Positions 44,864 to 55,170 of a DNA stretch of 64,000 nt are shown one piece after another. Both the position numbers and the translations under genes were made by a program. The stretch's first letter is position 1, and every line of letters starts with the position of its first letter. Below the pieces are notes generated by a model, which saw only the letters and a list, made by a program, of their open reading frames with translations, ran no database searches and was not told where the DNA came from. The DNA comes from a virus. Taxonomy: Duplodnaviria > Heunggongvirae > Uroviricota > Caudoviricetes. Location of the stretch: IMG/VR virus record IMGVR_UViG_3300045988_006728. One strand, 5' to 3'.

Positions 44864-45910
44864 ATGGAGAAGTACACATTAACAAAACTTCCCGATTCAG
44901 TTACACATGTTTTTATTGACTCTGACAGTATTGCCTATAAAGGCGCTTGTGTAGTTGAGAAAGCAAAATATAAATATGTCAATAAACTCACAGCAGAAGA
45001 ATCTGAATCATTTGATAATGCAAAAGATGCTGCAAGATGGTTAGCAGACCAGAGAATCCTTGTGGAAGAGCTTGGCCTGACATTTGATGAAGATGAATGG
45101 GAAAGACAGACTTGGAAAGAAGCTAAGAGTGAAAAAGAAGCTATCATGGCTACTCAACAGGTGCTTCAGGAATGGCTTAAGATTGTTGGTAAAGAGAGAA
45201 CTTGGGTAGGTTATTTAACAGAGAAAGGTGTGCATAAACATAAAGACATTAAAGGTCTTGAGCACCAATATCAAGGTAACCGCAAAGATGCTGTCACACC
45301 AACACACTTAGTTGCTTGTCGTGAGTATCTTCTGTCAAGACCAGAGTTTAAATTGATTCTTGATGGATTTGAAGCTGACTCTATCGTTATCGCTAAAGCT
45401 GAAAAGATGGGAAAAAAGGCTGCCTTAATGAGTATTGATAAAGACCTTCGCCAAGCTGAAGGTACTTACTGCATTGATATGACCTATGAAAAATCACCTT
45501 TAATTTTCATTGCTGATAACAACGTTGGTGAAATTTGGGATTGTCCAATAAAATCGACACCAAAAGCTAAGAAGACAGTTGGTGTAGGTTTTAAATTTCT
45601 TTGTTATCAAGCTGTGGCTGGTGATAATGCGGATAATTACTTTGGTTTAAAGGGTGTTGGCAAAGCTGCTGTGATGAAGGCTCTTGAAGGGAAAACAACT
45701 TACAAAGAGTGTCTTGATGCAATTTACGAGCTATATGCTAAGAAAGACTCCTACACTTATGTATCATGGGATGGTCAAACAATTACCAGAACACCTTTAG
45801 AATTAATGCAGCAACACTTTTTCTTAGCTTATCAGGAAAGAAATAAAAAAGACGATTTTACTTTTGATAAGTATGGGTGGACACCAAATGTTAACTCAAC
45901 AAACTCTTAA
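44864..45910 (+). CDS. RNase H / flap endonuclease-like 5'-3' exonuclease
   Basis: 348 aa; segments HVFIDSDSIAYKGA and GFEADSIVIA...MSIDKDL resemble the T4 RNase H acidic clusters as recalled. Confidence 0.5.
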   Translation: MEKYTLTKLPDSVTHVFIDSDSIAYKGACVVEKAKYKYVNKLTAEESESFDNAKDAARWLADQRILVEELGLTFDEDEWERQTWKEAKSEKEAIMATQQVLQEWLKIVGKERTWVGYLTEKGVHKHKDIKGLEHQYQGNRKDAVTPTHLVACREYLLSRPEFKLILDGFEADSIVIAKAEKMGKKAALMSIDKDLRQAEGTYCIDMTYEKSPLIFIADNNVGEIWDCPIKSTPKAKKTVGVGFKFLCYQAVAGDNADNYFGLKGVGKAAVMKALEGKTTYKECLDAIYELYAKKDSYTYVSWDGQTITRTPLELMQQHFFLAYQERNKKDDFTFDKYGWTPNVNSTNS

Positions 45911-46388
45911 AGAATACCTGCACTATGACCCCGAAACAGGGGTCTTTACTTGGTTAGTTGGTAGAAGAGGTAAGGCCAAAGCTGGCTCAGTAGCAGGTCT
46001 TAAACACCATAGTGGTTATATCTATATAAAACTCTTCGGAAAAAGATATGCAGCACACAGACTGGCAGTCTTGTATATGAAAGGCTACCTCCCAAAATTT
46101 GTTGACCACAAGAATGGTATCAGGCACGACAACTGGTTCGACAATTTGAGAGAGTGTAGCAGGTCAGACAACAACTGCAATGCAGTCAAAAGAAAAGATA
46201 ATAAGTCTGGTGTGAAGGGTGTATATTACCACAAGCAAAGAGGTAGATGGGCTGCACAAGTCAAGCATAATAAAGTATGCTACCATCTAGGTTTATTTGA
46301 CTCTATCACTGAGGCTGAATCAGTTGTCAAAAAGAAAAGAGAAGAACTACATAAAGAGTTTTCAAATCACGGAGAAGCTTATGAATGA
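45864..46388 (+). CDS. HNH homing endonuclease with AP2-type domain
   Basis: 174 aa; VDHKNGIRHDNWFDNLRECSRSDNNCN; shares the N-terminal motif YDPETGVFTW with 35761-36324. Confidence 0.7.
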   Translation: MISMGGHQMLTQQTLKEYLHYDPETGVFTWLVGRRGKAKAGSVAGLKHHSGYIYIKLFGKRYAAHRLAVLYMKGYLPKFVDHKNGIRHDNWFDNLRECSRSDNNCNAVKRKDNKSGVKGVYYHKQRGRWAAQVKHNKVCYHLGLFDSITEAESVVKKKREELHKEFSNHGEAYE

Positions 46389-46882
46389 AGATTAAAGGAT
46401 TTGGCAATTGCCCTACCTATGGTCATTGGGTGTCTTTATGTGGGGAAGTTGACCCCACTAAACATTTTGGCTTTGTCTATTTAGTGCACTGTAAGAAGAC
46501 TGGACAATATTATATCGGAAAGAAACAGCTTAACAGTGTGACCAAAAGAAAAGTTGCTGGGAAGACTCGGAAGAAGGTAGTCACTAAGGAAAGTGATTGG
46601 ATGACTTACGAAACCTCTTCTGAGTATATTAAAAAAGATATTGAGAGCTTTGGAAAAGAATTTTTTGACTTTTACATTATCCAAACCTACTACACAAAAG
46701 GTGGCCTAGTCTATGGTGAAGCAAACCTTCAACATAAATTCGATGTAATGACAAAAAGGATTGACTCTAAGCTCAGACTCTTCTACAATGCCAATATTGC
46801 AGCAATTAAGTTTATTACTAAAGAAACTTATGAAGATGCTGAAAAAAGAATCCATAAGGTAATGAAAGCAAATTGTGCTTGA
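46385..46882 (+). CDS. GIY-YIG-like nuclease (putative homing endonuclease)
   Basis: 165 aa; N-terminal FGFVYLVHCKKTGQYYIGKK fits the GIY...YIG pattern. Confidence 0.4.
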   Translation: MKIKGFGNCPTYGHWVSLCGEVDPTKHFGFVYLVHCKKTGQYYIGKKQLNSVTKRKVAGKTRKKVVTKESDWMTYETSSEYIKKDIESFGKEFFDFYIIQTYYTKGGLVYGEANLQHKFDVMTKRIDSKLRLFYNANIAAIKFITKETYEDAEKRIHKVMKANCA

Positions 46883-46888
46883 TAACTA

Positions 46889-47134
46889 TTGAGAGAGAAT
46901 AAAATGTTTAACAAAAGCAAAGCTGTGAGTCATGTAGCAAAAGTTGACAGTAAGATTGAAGAACTTGAGCGCATTCTTGCAAATGCTAGAGAGTCAATAA
47001 TTAAAGAAGTTGAAGCTGTTGAATCACAAATGCAGCATCTAATACTTAAACGCCAAGAGCTACGTGAGCATCTGGAATATATTGAAACACGAGAGCTAAA
47101 GGTTAACAGATTTTTAAGGAGTCCAAATGTTTAA
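46889..47134 (+). CDS. Hypothetical coiled-coil protein
   Basis: 81-aa ORF. Confidence 0.35.
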   Translation: MRENKMFNKSKAVSHVAKVDSKIEELERILANARESIIKEVEAVESQMQHLILKRQELREHLEYIETRELKVNRFLRSPNV

Positions 47135-47882
47135 CTCAAGAGAAGCAGTAAAAAACTGGAATCTTCGTTGTGGAAACACTCAAAAGCAACCTTACAGTGA
47201 TGAGTATTGGGAATCTTTAAAATCCCAGTCTCTGTGTATGCTGGAAGAAGCAAAAGAGCTTGTAAAAGCAATTGAAGAGAAAGACCCCATTGAGACACTG
47301 GATGCTCAGGCAGATTTGCAATATGTTCTTGACGGTTTGATTTACCTGTCACAACATGACCATAACGGTGCTATGAAAGCTGTTTGCCGTAATAATGACC
47401 TGAAGTACACAGATGACTATGAAGAAGCTTTAAAACGTCTTGCAGATATTGAGAAGCGTACTGGTCAAGAGTGTATTATCAGAATGTCAGTAGTTGATGG
47501 TAAAGAGTGGTATGCCATTGTTCGTGCAGCAGATGGGAAGATTATGAAGCAATCGAATCTCCCTAAAGTACAGCTTGGTGAATACATTGTAGAACTTGAA
47601 AGCCAAGAACTTTTTGTGGTAGTATCTGAGACATGCGTTATCTGCAAAGGTATTGTAGATAGTTTAAAGGATTTAGGTGTAGATGGTTTTGTAGAAGTTA
47701 ATCCAATTACCTCTAAAGCAGATAAAGACTTCTGTAAAGAGAATGGACTATGGATTGCAGACATTATCTACTATGATGGTGAGCAGTTCCATGTAACCTC
47801 ATACCCGAAACTGAATTATGATGCTAATAACCTGAAGTGCTGGTTAAAAGGGGTTGGTTATAATGGATTCACAGAACATTAA
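47127..47882 (+). CDS. MazG-like nucleotide pyrophosphohydrolase domain protein (putative)
   Basis: 251 aa; N-terminal helical EE..E...D motif cluster (LEEAKELVKAIEE...DAQADLQYVL). Confidence 0.35.
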   Translation: MFNSREAVKNWNLRCGNTQKQPYSDEYWESLKSQSLCMLEEAKELVKAIEEKDPIETLDAQADLQYVLDGLIYLSQHDHNGAMKAVCRNNDLKYTDDYEEALKRLADIEKRTGQECIIRMSVVDGKEWYAIVRAADGKIMKQSNLPKVQLGEYIVELESQELFVVVSETCVICKGIVDSLKDLGVDGFVEVNPITSKADKDFCKENGLWIADIIYYDGEQFHVTSYPKLNYDANNLKCWLKGVGYNGFTEH

Positions 47883-48186
47883 TAAAGAGGGTGTGGCTCA
47901 GAAGAGCCACTTCTCAAACTACAATATTTCTATGACGGTGTTTATGAATGACCCGTTACTAGAAAAATATGGTGAGACTCCAGATACACTTCTGGACAAT
48001 GAACAAGTTTTAAAAGCAGTCCTGTACAAATACGGGATTGATATTGAGAAAGAATATTCCTTTGAAATCTGCCAACACAGGAATACTTTCGGTAAAGTTG
48101 TGATGGCTCCACTCTTTATGGGTGTAGAAAGGACTGACTATGGTTGGTTGTATCTAAAAAGAAACTTGGAGAAATACCGTGTCTAA
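47854..48186 (+). CDS. Hypothetical protein
   Basis: 110-aa ORF. Confidence 0.35.
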   Translation: MVIMDSQNINKEGVAQKSHFSNYNISMTVFMNDPLLEKYGETPDTLLDNEQVLKAVLYKYGIDIEKEYSFEICQHRNTFGKVVMAPLFMGVERTDYGWLYLKRNLEKYRV

Positions 48187-48517
48187 AGCAAAAAAGCTAT
48201 CTTATGATGATATTGTCTCAGGTGCTAAGTTAGGCGTTGACAGCCTCGGACAAGATGTTAAGCACGGGGACACAGTTATGTACTGTGATGACCGAAGAGG
48301 TAGAAGTGCAATCTTGTTTGGAAGAATTGTTTGCAAGATGCGAGGCAATTACGTTGTTGCAGACATGGATGTGAACGTTACACAAAAACTTGAAACACTT
48401 ATGGATGATAATACATCATCATGGTTCTCCCTGAATTGTATGCACACTTCTTCAGTCACAAAAGTAAGTGATAAGTTTTACGATATGTGGCAGAATGAGC
48501 AAATTTTCAAGATTTAA
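48179..48517 (+). CDS. Hypothetical protein
   Basis: 112-aa ORF followed by a terminator (ggagcctc-ttcg-gaggctc). Confidence 0.4.
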   Translation: MSKAKKLSYDDIVSGAKLGVDSLGQDVKHGDTVMYCDDRRGRSAILFGRIVCKMRGNYVVADMDVNVTQKLETLMDDNTSSWFSLNCMHTSSVTKVSDKFYDMWQNEQIFKI

Positions 48518-48563
48518 ACTAGGGAGCCTCTTCGGAGGCTCTTTTCATCTGTAGGATTCAAAA

Positions 48564-50798
48564 ATGATTAAGACAATTAAAAAATCAAACGGTACAGTAG
48601 TAAGCTTTGACCCAGAAAGACTGAATAAGTGGGCATCATGGGCAGATAAACGTGGAATTATCTGGTCAGAAGTCACTATGGAAGCTATGAAACGTGTCTA
48701 TGAGGGTTGCACTACAAAAGAGATGCACCAAGCCATGATTGATGTTTGTGTTGATAAACAAACTCAAGAGTACTCAGATATGGCTGGACGGCTACTTCTA
48801 GGAATTATCTACAAAGAAGCCTTTGGAGGCTTTACTAAGGTTCCTACGCTGGTTACCTTCGTTAAAAATATGGAGAGAGCAGGACTTTGGGAGAAGATGG
48901 ACTATTCCCAGGAAGAGCTTGAATACCTGCAAGGGTACATTGTGCACTCAAAAGATATCTCTTATGGTTATGCAGTCCTGAAACAGTTCAGAGACAAGTA
49001 TGGTATCCGTGATATTAAAACGGGAAGACTTTTTGAGTCACCACAGTTTATGTTTATGGGTATGGCTATGAAAGCCTTTGAGAAGCAACCAAAGCACCGT
49101 AGACTGCAAGATGTTATCAAGCTGTACACTTACCTATCTGACCTGAAGATTAACGCTCCTACGCCTTATTTAAACGGTTTGAGGGCAACTAAATCAGGTT
49201 ATGCGTCATGCTGCTTGATTAAGGCAAACGATACTGCTGAATCACTTGGTATTGCTGCAAAGGTTGCTTATGATATGACTACAAAGCAAGCTGGTATCGG
49301 TATGCTGATGGAGACTCGCACTATTGGTGATGGTATCCGTCAAAACACTATCGAACACATGGGTAAACTGCCTTATTACAAGCTTGTACGTTCATCTGTA
49401 GAGGCAAACAAACAGAAGAGTCGTGGTGGTTCAGCTAATAACTTCTACACTGCTCTAGACCCGCAGATTGAAGATTTACTGCGTTTGAAGCACCCTACAA
49501 CGGTTCCTTCTAAACGTATTAATGAGATGGACTACTCATTCGGCACAAACGATTATTTCTGGCAGTGTGTTCAGTATGATACAGATTGGTTGCTATTCTC
49601 TTACAAAGATGCACCAAAACTCTATGACATGTTCTACACAGCATCTGCTGATGAGTTTGCTATGGCAGTTGGTCACGCAGTACATTCAGGAGTTAAGCAC
49701 AGACGAGTCAAGGCTCGTGAAATTGCTAAGCTGTTTATTCAACAGCGTTATGCTACAGGTCGTGTGTATCCATTCTTCACTAACAACGCAAACACACATA
49801 CACCATTTAAAGAACCATTGAAGATGTCAAATCTTTGTATGGAAATTGTATTGCCAGTGTATGGTTTTGAGAAAGAGACAGACCTTTACAGAGACGATGC
49901 TGTGAAAGAGGATGGTGAGGTGGCTCTTTGCTTCCTAGCTAGTTTGGTTGCAGGGAGAATTTCAGAAGATGAATACGCTGACGTTGCTTATTATGCTCTT
50001 GCAATGGTTGACTCCGTTATTGACCTTATGGATTATCCGTATCCGTCGATGCGTAACCATGTTCAGAAGCGTCGTTCTGTTGGGATTGGCCTTACAAATG
50101 TGGCTCATTACCTTGCGAAGAACTACGTGAACTACTCTTCACGAGCAGGTAAAACGAAACTCCATGAACTGGCAGAGATGCACTCTTACTACTTACACGA
50201 AGCTTCTTTAAGACTTGCTAAAGAACGTGGTGTACCTGAGTATATGCAGTTCACTAAGTACCCTGAAGGTTGGGTTCCTCCAAAGACAGCCAACAAGAAG
50301 ATTGATGAGAAGCATGATGCAAAACTAAGATATGATTGGGATGACTTAGCACAACGTATCAAAGAAAATGGTGGAATCCGAAACTCTGTATTAGAAGCTT
50401 ACATGCCTAATGAGAGTTCTTCACTAGCAACTAATACGACAAACGGCTTGTACCCAATTCGTGACTTTATTTTAACTAAAAAGTCTGCAACTGGTAACGT
50501 GCTGTTTATTGTTCCAGATTATGAAGAGTTGAAGTATGTATATGAAATTGCTTGGGGTATTGACACCTTTGACCTGATTGATTGTTATGCAATTGTTCAA
50601 AAGTTCACTGGTCAAGCTATCTCTTCAGATTTCTATGTTGACTACGCAAAAGCTAAGAAGGTATCATTGGCTCAAGCTTTGAAGTACATGATTTATGCCA
50701 ACTCGGTAGGTATGAAAACCATGTACTACCTTAACAGTCGCATTGGTGTAGGTAAATCTGCACTGCAAGATGCTTATTGCGAGGGTTGTGGTGTTTAG
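48564..50798 (+). CDS. nrdA: Ribonucleotide reductase class I, alpha subunit
   Basis: 744 aa; N-terminal ATP-cone-like region, NLCMEI active-site segment, C-terminal CEGCGV redox pair. Confidence 0.85.
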   Translation: MIKTIKKSNGTVVSFDPERLNKWASWADKRGIIWSEVTMEAMKRVYEGCTTKEMHQAMIDVCVDKQTQEYSDMAGRLLLGIIYKEAFGGFTKVPTLVTFVKNMERAGLWEKMDYSQEELEYLQGYIVHSKDISYGYAVLKQFRDKYGIRDIKTGRLFESPQFMFMGMAMKAFEKQPKHRRLQDVIKLYTYLSDLKINAPTPYLNGLRATKSGYASCCLIKANDTAESLGIAAKVAYDMTTKQAGIGMLMETRTIGDGIRQNTIEHMGKLPYYKLVRSSVEANKQKSRGGSANNFYTALDPQIEDLLRLKHPTTVPSKRINEMDYSFGTNDYFWQCVQYDTDWLLFSYKDAPKLYDMFYTASADEFAMAVGHAVHSGVKHRRVKAREIAKLFIQQRYATGRVYPFFTNNANTHTPFKEPLKMSNLCMEIVLPVYGFEKETDLYRDDAVKEDGEVALCFLASLVAGRISEDEYADVAYYALAMVDSVIDLMDYPYPSMRNHVQKRRSVGIGLTNVAHYLAKNYVNYSSRAGKTKLHELAEMHSYYLHEASLRLAKERGVPEYMQFTKYPEGWVPPKTANKKIDEKHDAKLRYDWDDLAQRIKENGGIRNSVLEAYMPNESSSLATNTTNGLYPIRDFILTKKSATGNVLFIVPDYEELKYVYEIAWGIDTFDLIDCYAIVQKFTGQAISSDFYVDYAKAKKVSLAQALKYMIYANSVGMKTMYYLNSRIGVGKSALQDAYCEGCGV

Positions 50799-50853
50799 TT
50801 TTAACAATTATGAGGGTCGTAAAAGACCCTCTAAAAATAACTTTGGAGAGACC

Positions 50854-51111
50854 ATGAAAGATTTAATAGAAAAACATGAGCGACCTATATACTTGCTCCA
50901 CAAGCCTCGGAAAACGATGTACTATGTGAGTAGCACAGACATGATGATAAAACAAAATGATGACTCATGGGTTGCTGGTATCTCTTACATCTCTACAGCA
51001 GATGGTAAAATCTACGCAAGACCTTATGAGATGTTTAACAAAGAAAATTGGGAAGTTTTAGACAGAAAACAAGCCTTAGAAATGATAAAGAAAGGAGAAA
51101 TCACGCTATGA
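50854..51111 (+). CDS. Hypothetical small protein between nrdA and nrdB
   Basis: About 85 aa from the ATG at 50854 (track ORF 50770-51111). Confidence 0.35.
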   Translation: MKDLIEKHERPIYLLHKPRKTMYYVSSTDMMIKQNDDSWVAGISYISTADGKIYARPYEMFNKENWEVLDRKQALEMIKKGEITL

Positions 51112-52181
51112 TTAACCAGCACCCAATCTTTTTAGGTGGTGAGAGAAAAACTTTTGACTCACTTAATAAACACTACCCAAAAATCTTTGAACTTTATAAA
51201 CAACAAAAAGCACAAGACTGGTCAGAAGATGAGTTTCCTTTTGAACAATCACGTCTTGATTTTGAGAGTGTTCCAGCATCAATGTCAGGTGTAATGCTTG
51301 AGATTCTTAAGTGGCAATGGGAAGCAGACACTCAAGTTGCTAAGAGCTTGGCATTTGCCTTTGCACCTTTTATCTCTGATGACATTTATGCAACTGCAAT
51401 TATGAAGCAGTCTGAGATTGAAAACCTACATGCTCTTACTTACTCAGAGATTGTAAGACAATGTATTAAAAACCCTGAAACAATCTTAGATGAGATTAAC
51501 CAGAATGTTGCTGTGCAAGACCGATTAAAAACTGTGAATCGTGTTCTTGAAGAATTACTGGATGAAGGGATAAACTACCGACTGAGTTATGTCCGTGATT
51601 CACTTCTGGACAAAGACCCTTTACACTTCCATAAAGTGATTTTAAAAGGTCTATTTGCAGTGACTGCACTTGAAGGTATATCTTTTATGGCATCCTTTGC
51701 ATGTACTTTTGCACTTGATGCTCAAGATAAATTTCAGGGTATTGCTCAAGCTGTCCAGAAAATTATGCTTGACGAAATCCTTCACACTAAAATTGATATT
51801 GAAGTTTTAAAAGAAACTTTAAGAGATGATGAGTGGCAGAAAGCTTTTCAACAAATTCTTCCAGAGATTAAAGTAATCTTAGATGAAGTAGTTGAAAGTG
51901 AAGAGAAATGGTCGTATTATATCTTCTCCGAAGGACGTGCTGTAGTTGGCTTAAATACAAAGCTTCTCCATGAGTGGGTTTACTATAATGCTGCCCCACT
52001 GTATGACATGTTTGGCATTCCCAGAGATTTTGTAGCTCCTAAAGAACCACCTTTGAAGTACATGATTAAGAAGATGGAAATTGATAAAGAGCAGAATGCT
52101 AATCAGGAGCAACAGAACGGTGCGTACCTGTTGAATACTGTTGTAGATGATTTGAATAGTGGATTTTTAGAGGTTCCTTAA
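51108..52181 (+). CDS. nrdB: Ribonucleotide reductase class I, beta subunit
   Basis: Start taken at the ATG after AAAGGAGA RBS (track ORF starts at 51048); ferritin-like helices with E/H-rich metal-site segments. Confidence 0.75.
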   Translation: MINQHPIFLGGERKTFDSLNKHYPKIFELYKQQKAQDWSEDEFPFEQSRLDFESVPASMSGVMLEILKWQWEADTQVAKSLAFAFAPFISDDIYATAIMKQSEIENLHALTYSEIVRQCIKNPETILDEINQNVAVQDRLKTVNRVLEELLDEGINYRLSYVRDSLLDKDPLHFHKVILKGLFAVTALEGISFMASFACTFALDAQDKFQGIAQAVQKIMLDEILHTKIDIEVLKETLRDDEWQKAFQQILPEIKVILDEVVESEEKWSYYIFSEGRAVVGLNTKLLHEWVYYNAAPLYDMFGIPRDFVAPKEPPLKYMIKKMEIDKEQNANQEQQNGAYLLNTVVDDLNSGFLEVP

Positions 52182-52423
52182 TGACTTATGTAATTTACTC
52201 CAAAACTGGATGCCCTCAGTGTGAGACTGCAAAGAATTTTGCAAAAGCTCGTGGTATTGACCATGTTGTGAGAATGTTAGGGCAGGACTATGAACTATCA
52301 GACCTGATGGATATTGCACAGATGCCAGTTCGTCAGATGCCGTTCATCATGAAAACTGATGGACAAAACCTAAAACCTGTTGGGACGCTACAGAATTTTA
52401 TGGCAGAGGTGAATAATGCTTAA
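52181..52423 (+). CDS. Glutaredoxin/NrdH-like redoxin
   Basis: 80 aa; CPQC active site near the N-terminus; immediately downstream of nrdB. Confidence 0.65.
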   Translation: MTYVIYSKTGCPQCETAKNFAKARGIDHVVRMLGQDYELSDLMDIAQMPVRQMPFIMKTDGQNLKPVGTLQNFMAEVNNA

Positions 52424-52670
52424 ACGCATTTGGGAAGGTTTGGTTGTCGATGCACCAGCTATTGTGATTGGTATGCTGATTGTTAACCTATTTACTGATT
52501 TTGAACAAGGTTCATTGTTTGGGGCCATGTTACTATGGGTTATCTTTGAAATATTAGAGATACAGCTAGGCATCACTGAAAAACTGAGAAAACTCGTTTC
52601 TAAGTTTTCTAAAAAGATTTAAAATGAAAGGGTCTCTTCGGAGACCTTTTTAGCATGTAAAGGGGCAATA

Positions 52671-54815
52671 ATGAACAAAGTACAGATTATTAAAAAGAAT
52701 GGCTCACTTGAAGAACCTAATATCAAAAAAGTTTTAGCAGCAGTCACAAAGTCAGCTAACAGAGTTGGTTATAAAGAGCTTCCACCAGATGTTACTCAAG
52801 CTCTTGAGTCAGCATTTATGAGGATTCTGGTAAAGTCCACTAAGCAGAATAATTTGCTAATTTCGGTAAATGATATTCACAGTATTGTTGAGGGTGCTTT
52901 GGCAGAAGTCAATCACGAGATTTATGAGTCTTACTCAACATATAGAAATTACCGTAAAGAGGTTGCTCAAAATTGGGATGAGCTTTACAAAAAGACTAGA
53001 GACACGCTCTTCTTAGGTGACCGTGAAAACGCTAACTTTGACAGCAGTTTAATTTCTACAAAAGGTTCAATTATTCGTGGTTACCTGACTAAAGAAATCT
53101 TTAAGCAGTACCATTTAACACCAGAGGAACTTGAAGCCATTGAAAAAGGGTTTATCTATATCCACGATTTAAGAGACCTGATTTTTGGCGGCATTAACTG
53201 TTGCTTGTTTGACATTGGTAAAGTACTGAAAGGTGGCTTTGAGATGTCTGGCATCGAATACTGTGAACCGAAGTCTGTGCTGTCAGCCTTACAGGTTATT
53301 GGTGATGTAGTTCTTTCAGCAACTGCACAGCAATTTGGTGGATTTACTTTAGCAGAGATTGATAAGGTGCTTGTACCGTATGCTAAAAAGTCTCTACGCT
53401 ACCATGCTGAGAAAGCAGCATCTTACGGTATTCCTAAAGAACATTACCACAATTATGTCATGGAGCAGCTACAGCTTGAATTAACTCAGGGTTTCCAGTC
53501 ACTCGAAATGAAACTGAACACTGTACCTTGTAGCCGTGGTGATTTTGCATTTACAACTTTGACATTTGGATTACTTGACTCAGATATGTCTAATGAAGAC
53601 AACCGACTGCAATACATGATTGCAAACACCATTCTTGATGTTCGCATGAATGGACAAGGTAAGAGTAAGAAGCCTGTTGTATTCCCTAAACTGGTTTATA
53701 TTCATGACCAGAAGAGACACGATGAGAATATCTGTCAAGGCCAACTGTACAGCAAAGCTATTGAGTGTTGCTCTAAAGCGATGTATCCAGATTTCTTAAG
53801 TGTATCTGGTCATGGTGCTGTAGCAGAAGCTTTTGAGCGTTCTGGCAAGGTAATTTCACCGATGGGTTGCAGAGCTTTCTTATCCCCATATCTTAACGAG
53901 AATGGAGAAGAGTTCTACGTTGGTCGTGCTAATATTGGTGCTGTATCTTTGAACTTACCAATGATTTACCAGTATTCTAAAGAGAATGGTTTAGATTTCT
54001 GGAAAGAGCTTGATAAGTACCTAGAAATGATTCGCAGCTTCCATAAGAAACGTTACGAAATGATTGCCAATATGCCAGCAAGTTCTAACCCTCTTGCATT
54101 CACACAAGGTGGTCTGTATAAAGGGACTAAGAAGCCTACTGACAAGGTTGGTTGGGATATTGTGAAGTCCTTCACAGCTTCTTTTGGGGTTACTGCTCTT
54201 GATGAGTTATCTGTTCTTGCTGAAGGTAAACGACTTCATGAAGTTGGAAGTTCCAGTTTTGCATACGATGTTCTGGCATACATTAACATGAAAACTGAAG
54301 AGTTTAAGAATGAAGATGGCTTCCTGTATGCAGTATATGGCACTCCAGCAGAGTCATTGTGTGGAACTCAGCTAAAACAGTTCAGAGATATGTTTGGTGT
54401 TATTAAAGGCGTTTCTGACAAGGAATACTTTACAAACAGTTTCCATATGAATGTTGCAGCAAACATCTCACCATTTGAGAAGCAGGACTTAGAAGAGCCA
54501 TTCTTCCATATCTGTAGAGGTGGCAGAATCCAGTATGTAAGGGTAGCTAACCCAGAAAACTTACCAGCACTTAAAAGTTGTATTACCAGAGGGATGTTGA
54601 AGGGTTTTTATCAGGGGCTTAACTTTGACTTAGCAATCTGTGAACATTGTGGTAACAGACCAAAGGCTGATGTTGAAGAATGTGAGGTTTGTCATTCACA
54701 TGATATCTCTGTGATTAACAGGGTGTGCGGATATCTGGGATGGACTAAGATTAAAGGTGAATCCCGAATGAACGATGCAAAAATCGCTGAGATTCGTGAT
54801 AGAATATCTATGTAA
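52671..54815 (+). CDS. nrdD: Anaerobic ribonucleotide reductase (class III)
   Basis: 714 aa; C-terminal Zn site CEHCG...CEVCH and glycyl-radical motif RVCGYLG. Confidence 0.8.
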   Translation: MNKVQIIKKNGSLEEPNIKKVLAAVTKSANRVGYKELPPDVTQALESAFMRILVKSTKQNNLLISVNDIHSIVEGALAEVNHEIYESYSTYRNYRKEVAQNWDELYKKTRDTLFLGDRENANFDSSLISTKGSIIRGYLTKEIFKQYHLTPEELEAIEKGFIYIHDLRDLIFGGINCCLFDIGKVLKGGFEMSGIEYCEPKSVLSALQVIGDVVLSATAQQFGGFTLAEIDKVLVPYAKKSLRYHAEKAASYGIPKEHYHNYVMEQLQLELTQGFQSLEMKLNTVPCSRGDFAFTTLTFGLLDSDMSNEDNRLQYMIANTILDVRMNGQGKSKKPVVFPKLVYIHDQKRHDENICQGQLYSKAIECCSKAMYPDFLSVSGHGAVAEAFERSGKVISPMGCRAFLSPYLNENGEEFYVGRANIGAVSLNLPMIYQYSKENGLDFWKELDKYLEMIRSFHKKRYEMIANMPASSNPLAFTQGGLYKGTKKPTDKVGWDIVKSFTASFGVTALDELSVLAEGKRLHEVGSSSFAYDVLAYINMKTEEFKNEDGFLYAVYGTPAESLCGTQLKQFRDMFGVIKGVSDKEYFTNSFHMNVAANISPFEKQDLEEPFFHICRGGRIQYVRVANPENLPALKSCITRGMLKGFYQGLNFDLAICEHCGNRPKADVEECEVCHSHDISVINRVCGYLGWTKIKGESRMNDAKIAEIRDRISM

Positions 54816-54816
54816 A

Positions 54817-54862
54817 ACTTGACAAGGTGATGTAGGTCTTGATAGGCTTACATCACCTTTTT
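54817..54862 (+). promoter_or_regulatory. CTTGACAAGGTG promoter-like 12-mer followed by hairpin and T-run
   Basis: ggtgatgtagg ... cttacatcacc inverted repeat then tttttt, immediately after nrdD. Confidence 0.4.
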
Positions 54863-54969
54863 TATTGGATGTTAGATATGGCAGAGAGTATTATTGGATT
54901 GTTCATAGGTTCTGTCTTACTAGGGTTCTTTTTAGGACTCTCTTATTGTGAATTGAAAGGTAAGTTAAA

Positions 54970-55170
54970 ATGTTTAAGATATCAAAAGCGTTGATATACA
55001 TACTCCATATTCTAGTCTTCTTCTTTGGGGTTAGCGTTATGGTATGGGGCTTTTCAGACCCACAATGGGGTTTCTCATATCATGGTCAGATGGATTTATG
55101 GTCATGCTTCAAACCATTTTTAGGGTTAGCTATAGCATTCAGTGCATTACCAACTAAGGTGAAATTATGA
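54970..55170 (+). CDS. Small membrane protein
   Basis: 66-aa ORF with two hydrophobic segments. Confidence 0.4.
   Translation: MFKISKALIYILHILVFFFGVSVMVWGFSDPQWGFSYHGQMDLWSCFKPFLGLAIAFSALPTKVKL

Noticed and set aside
29463-54815. Group I introns in thyA, nrdB or nrdD, as in T4
   Set aside because: All three genes read as uninterrupted full-length ORFs with catalytic motifs in one frame.
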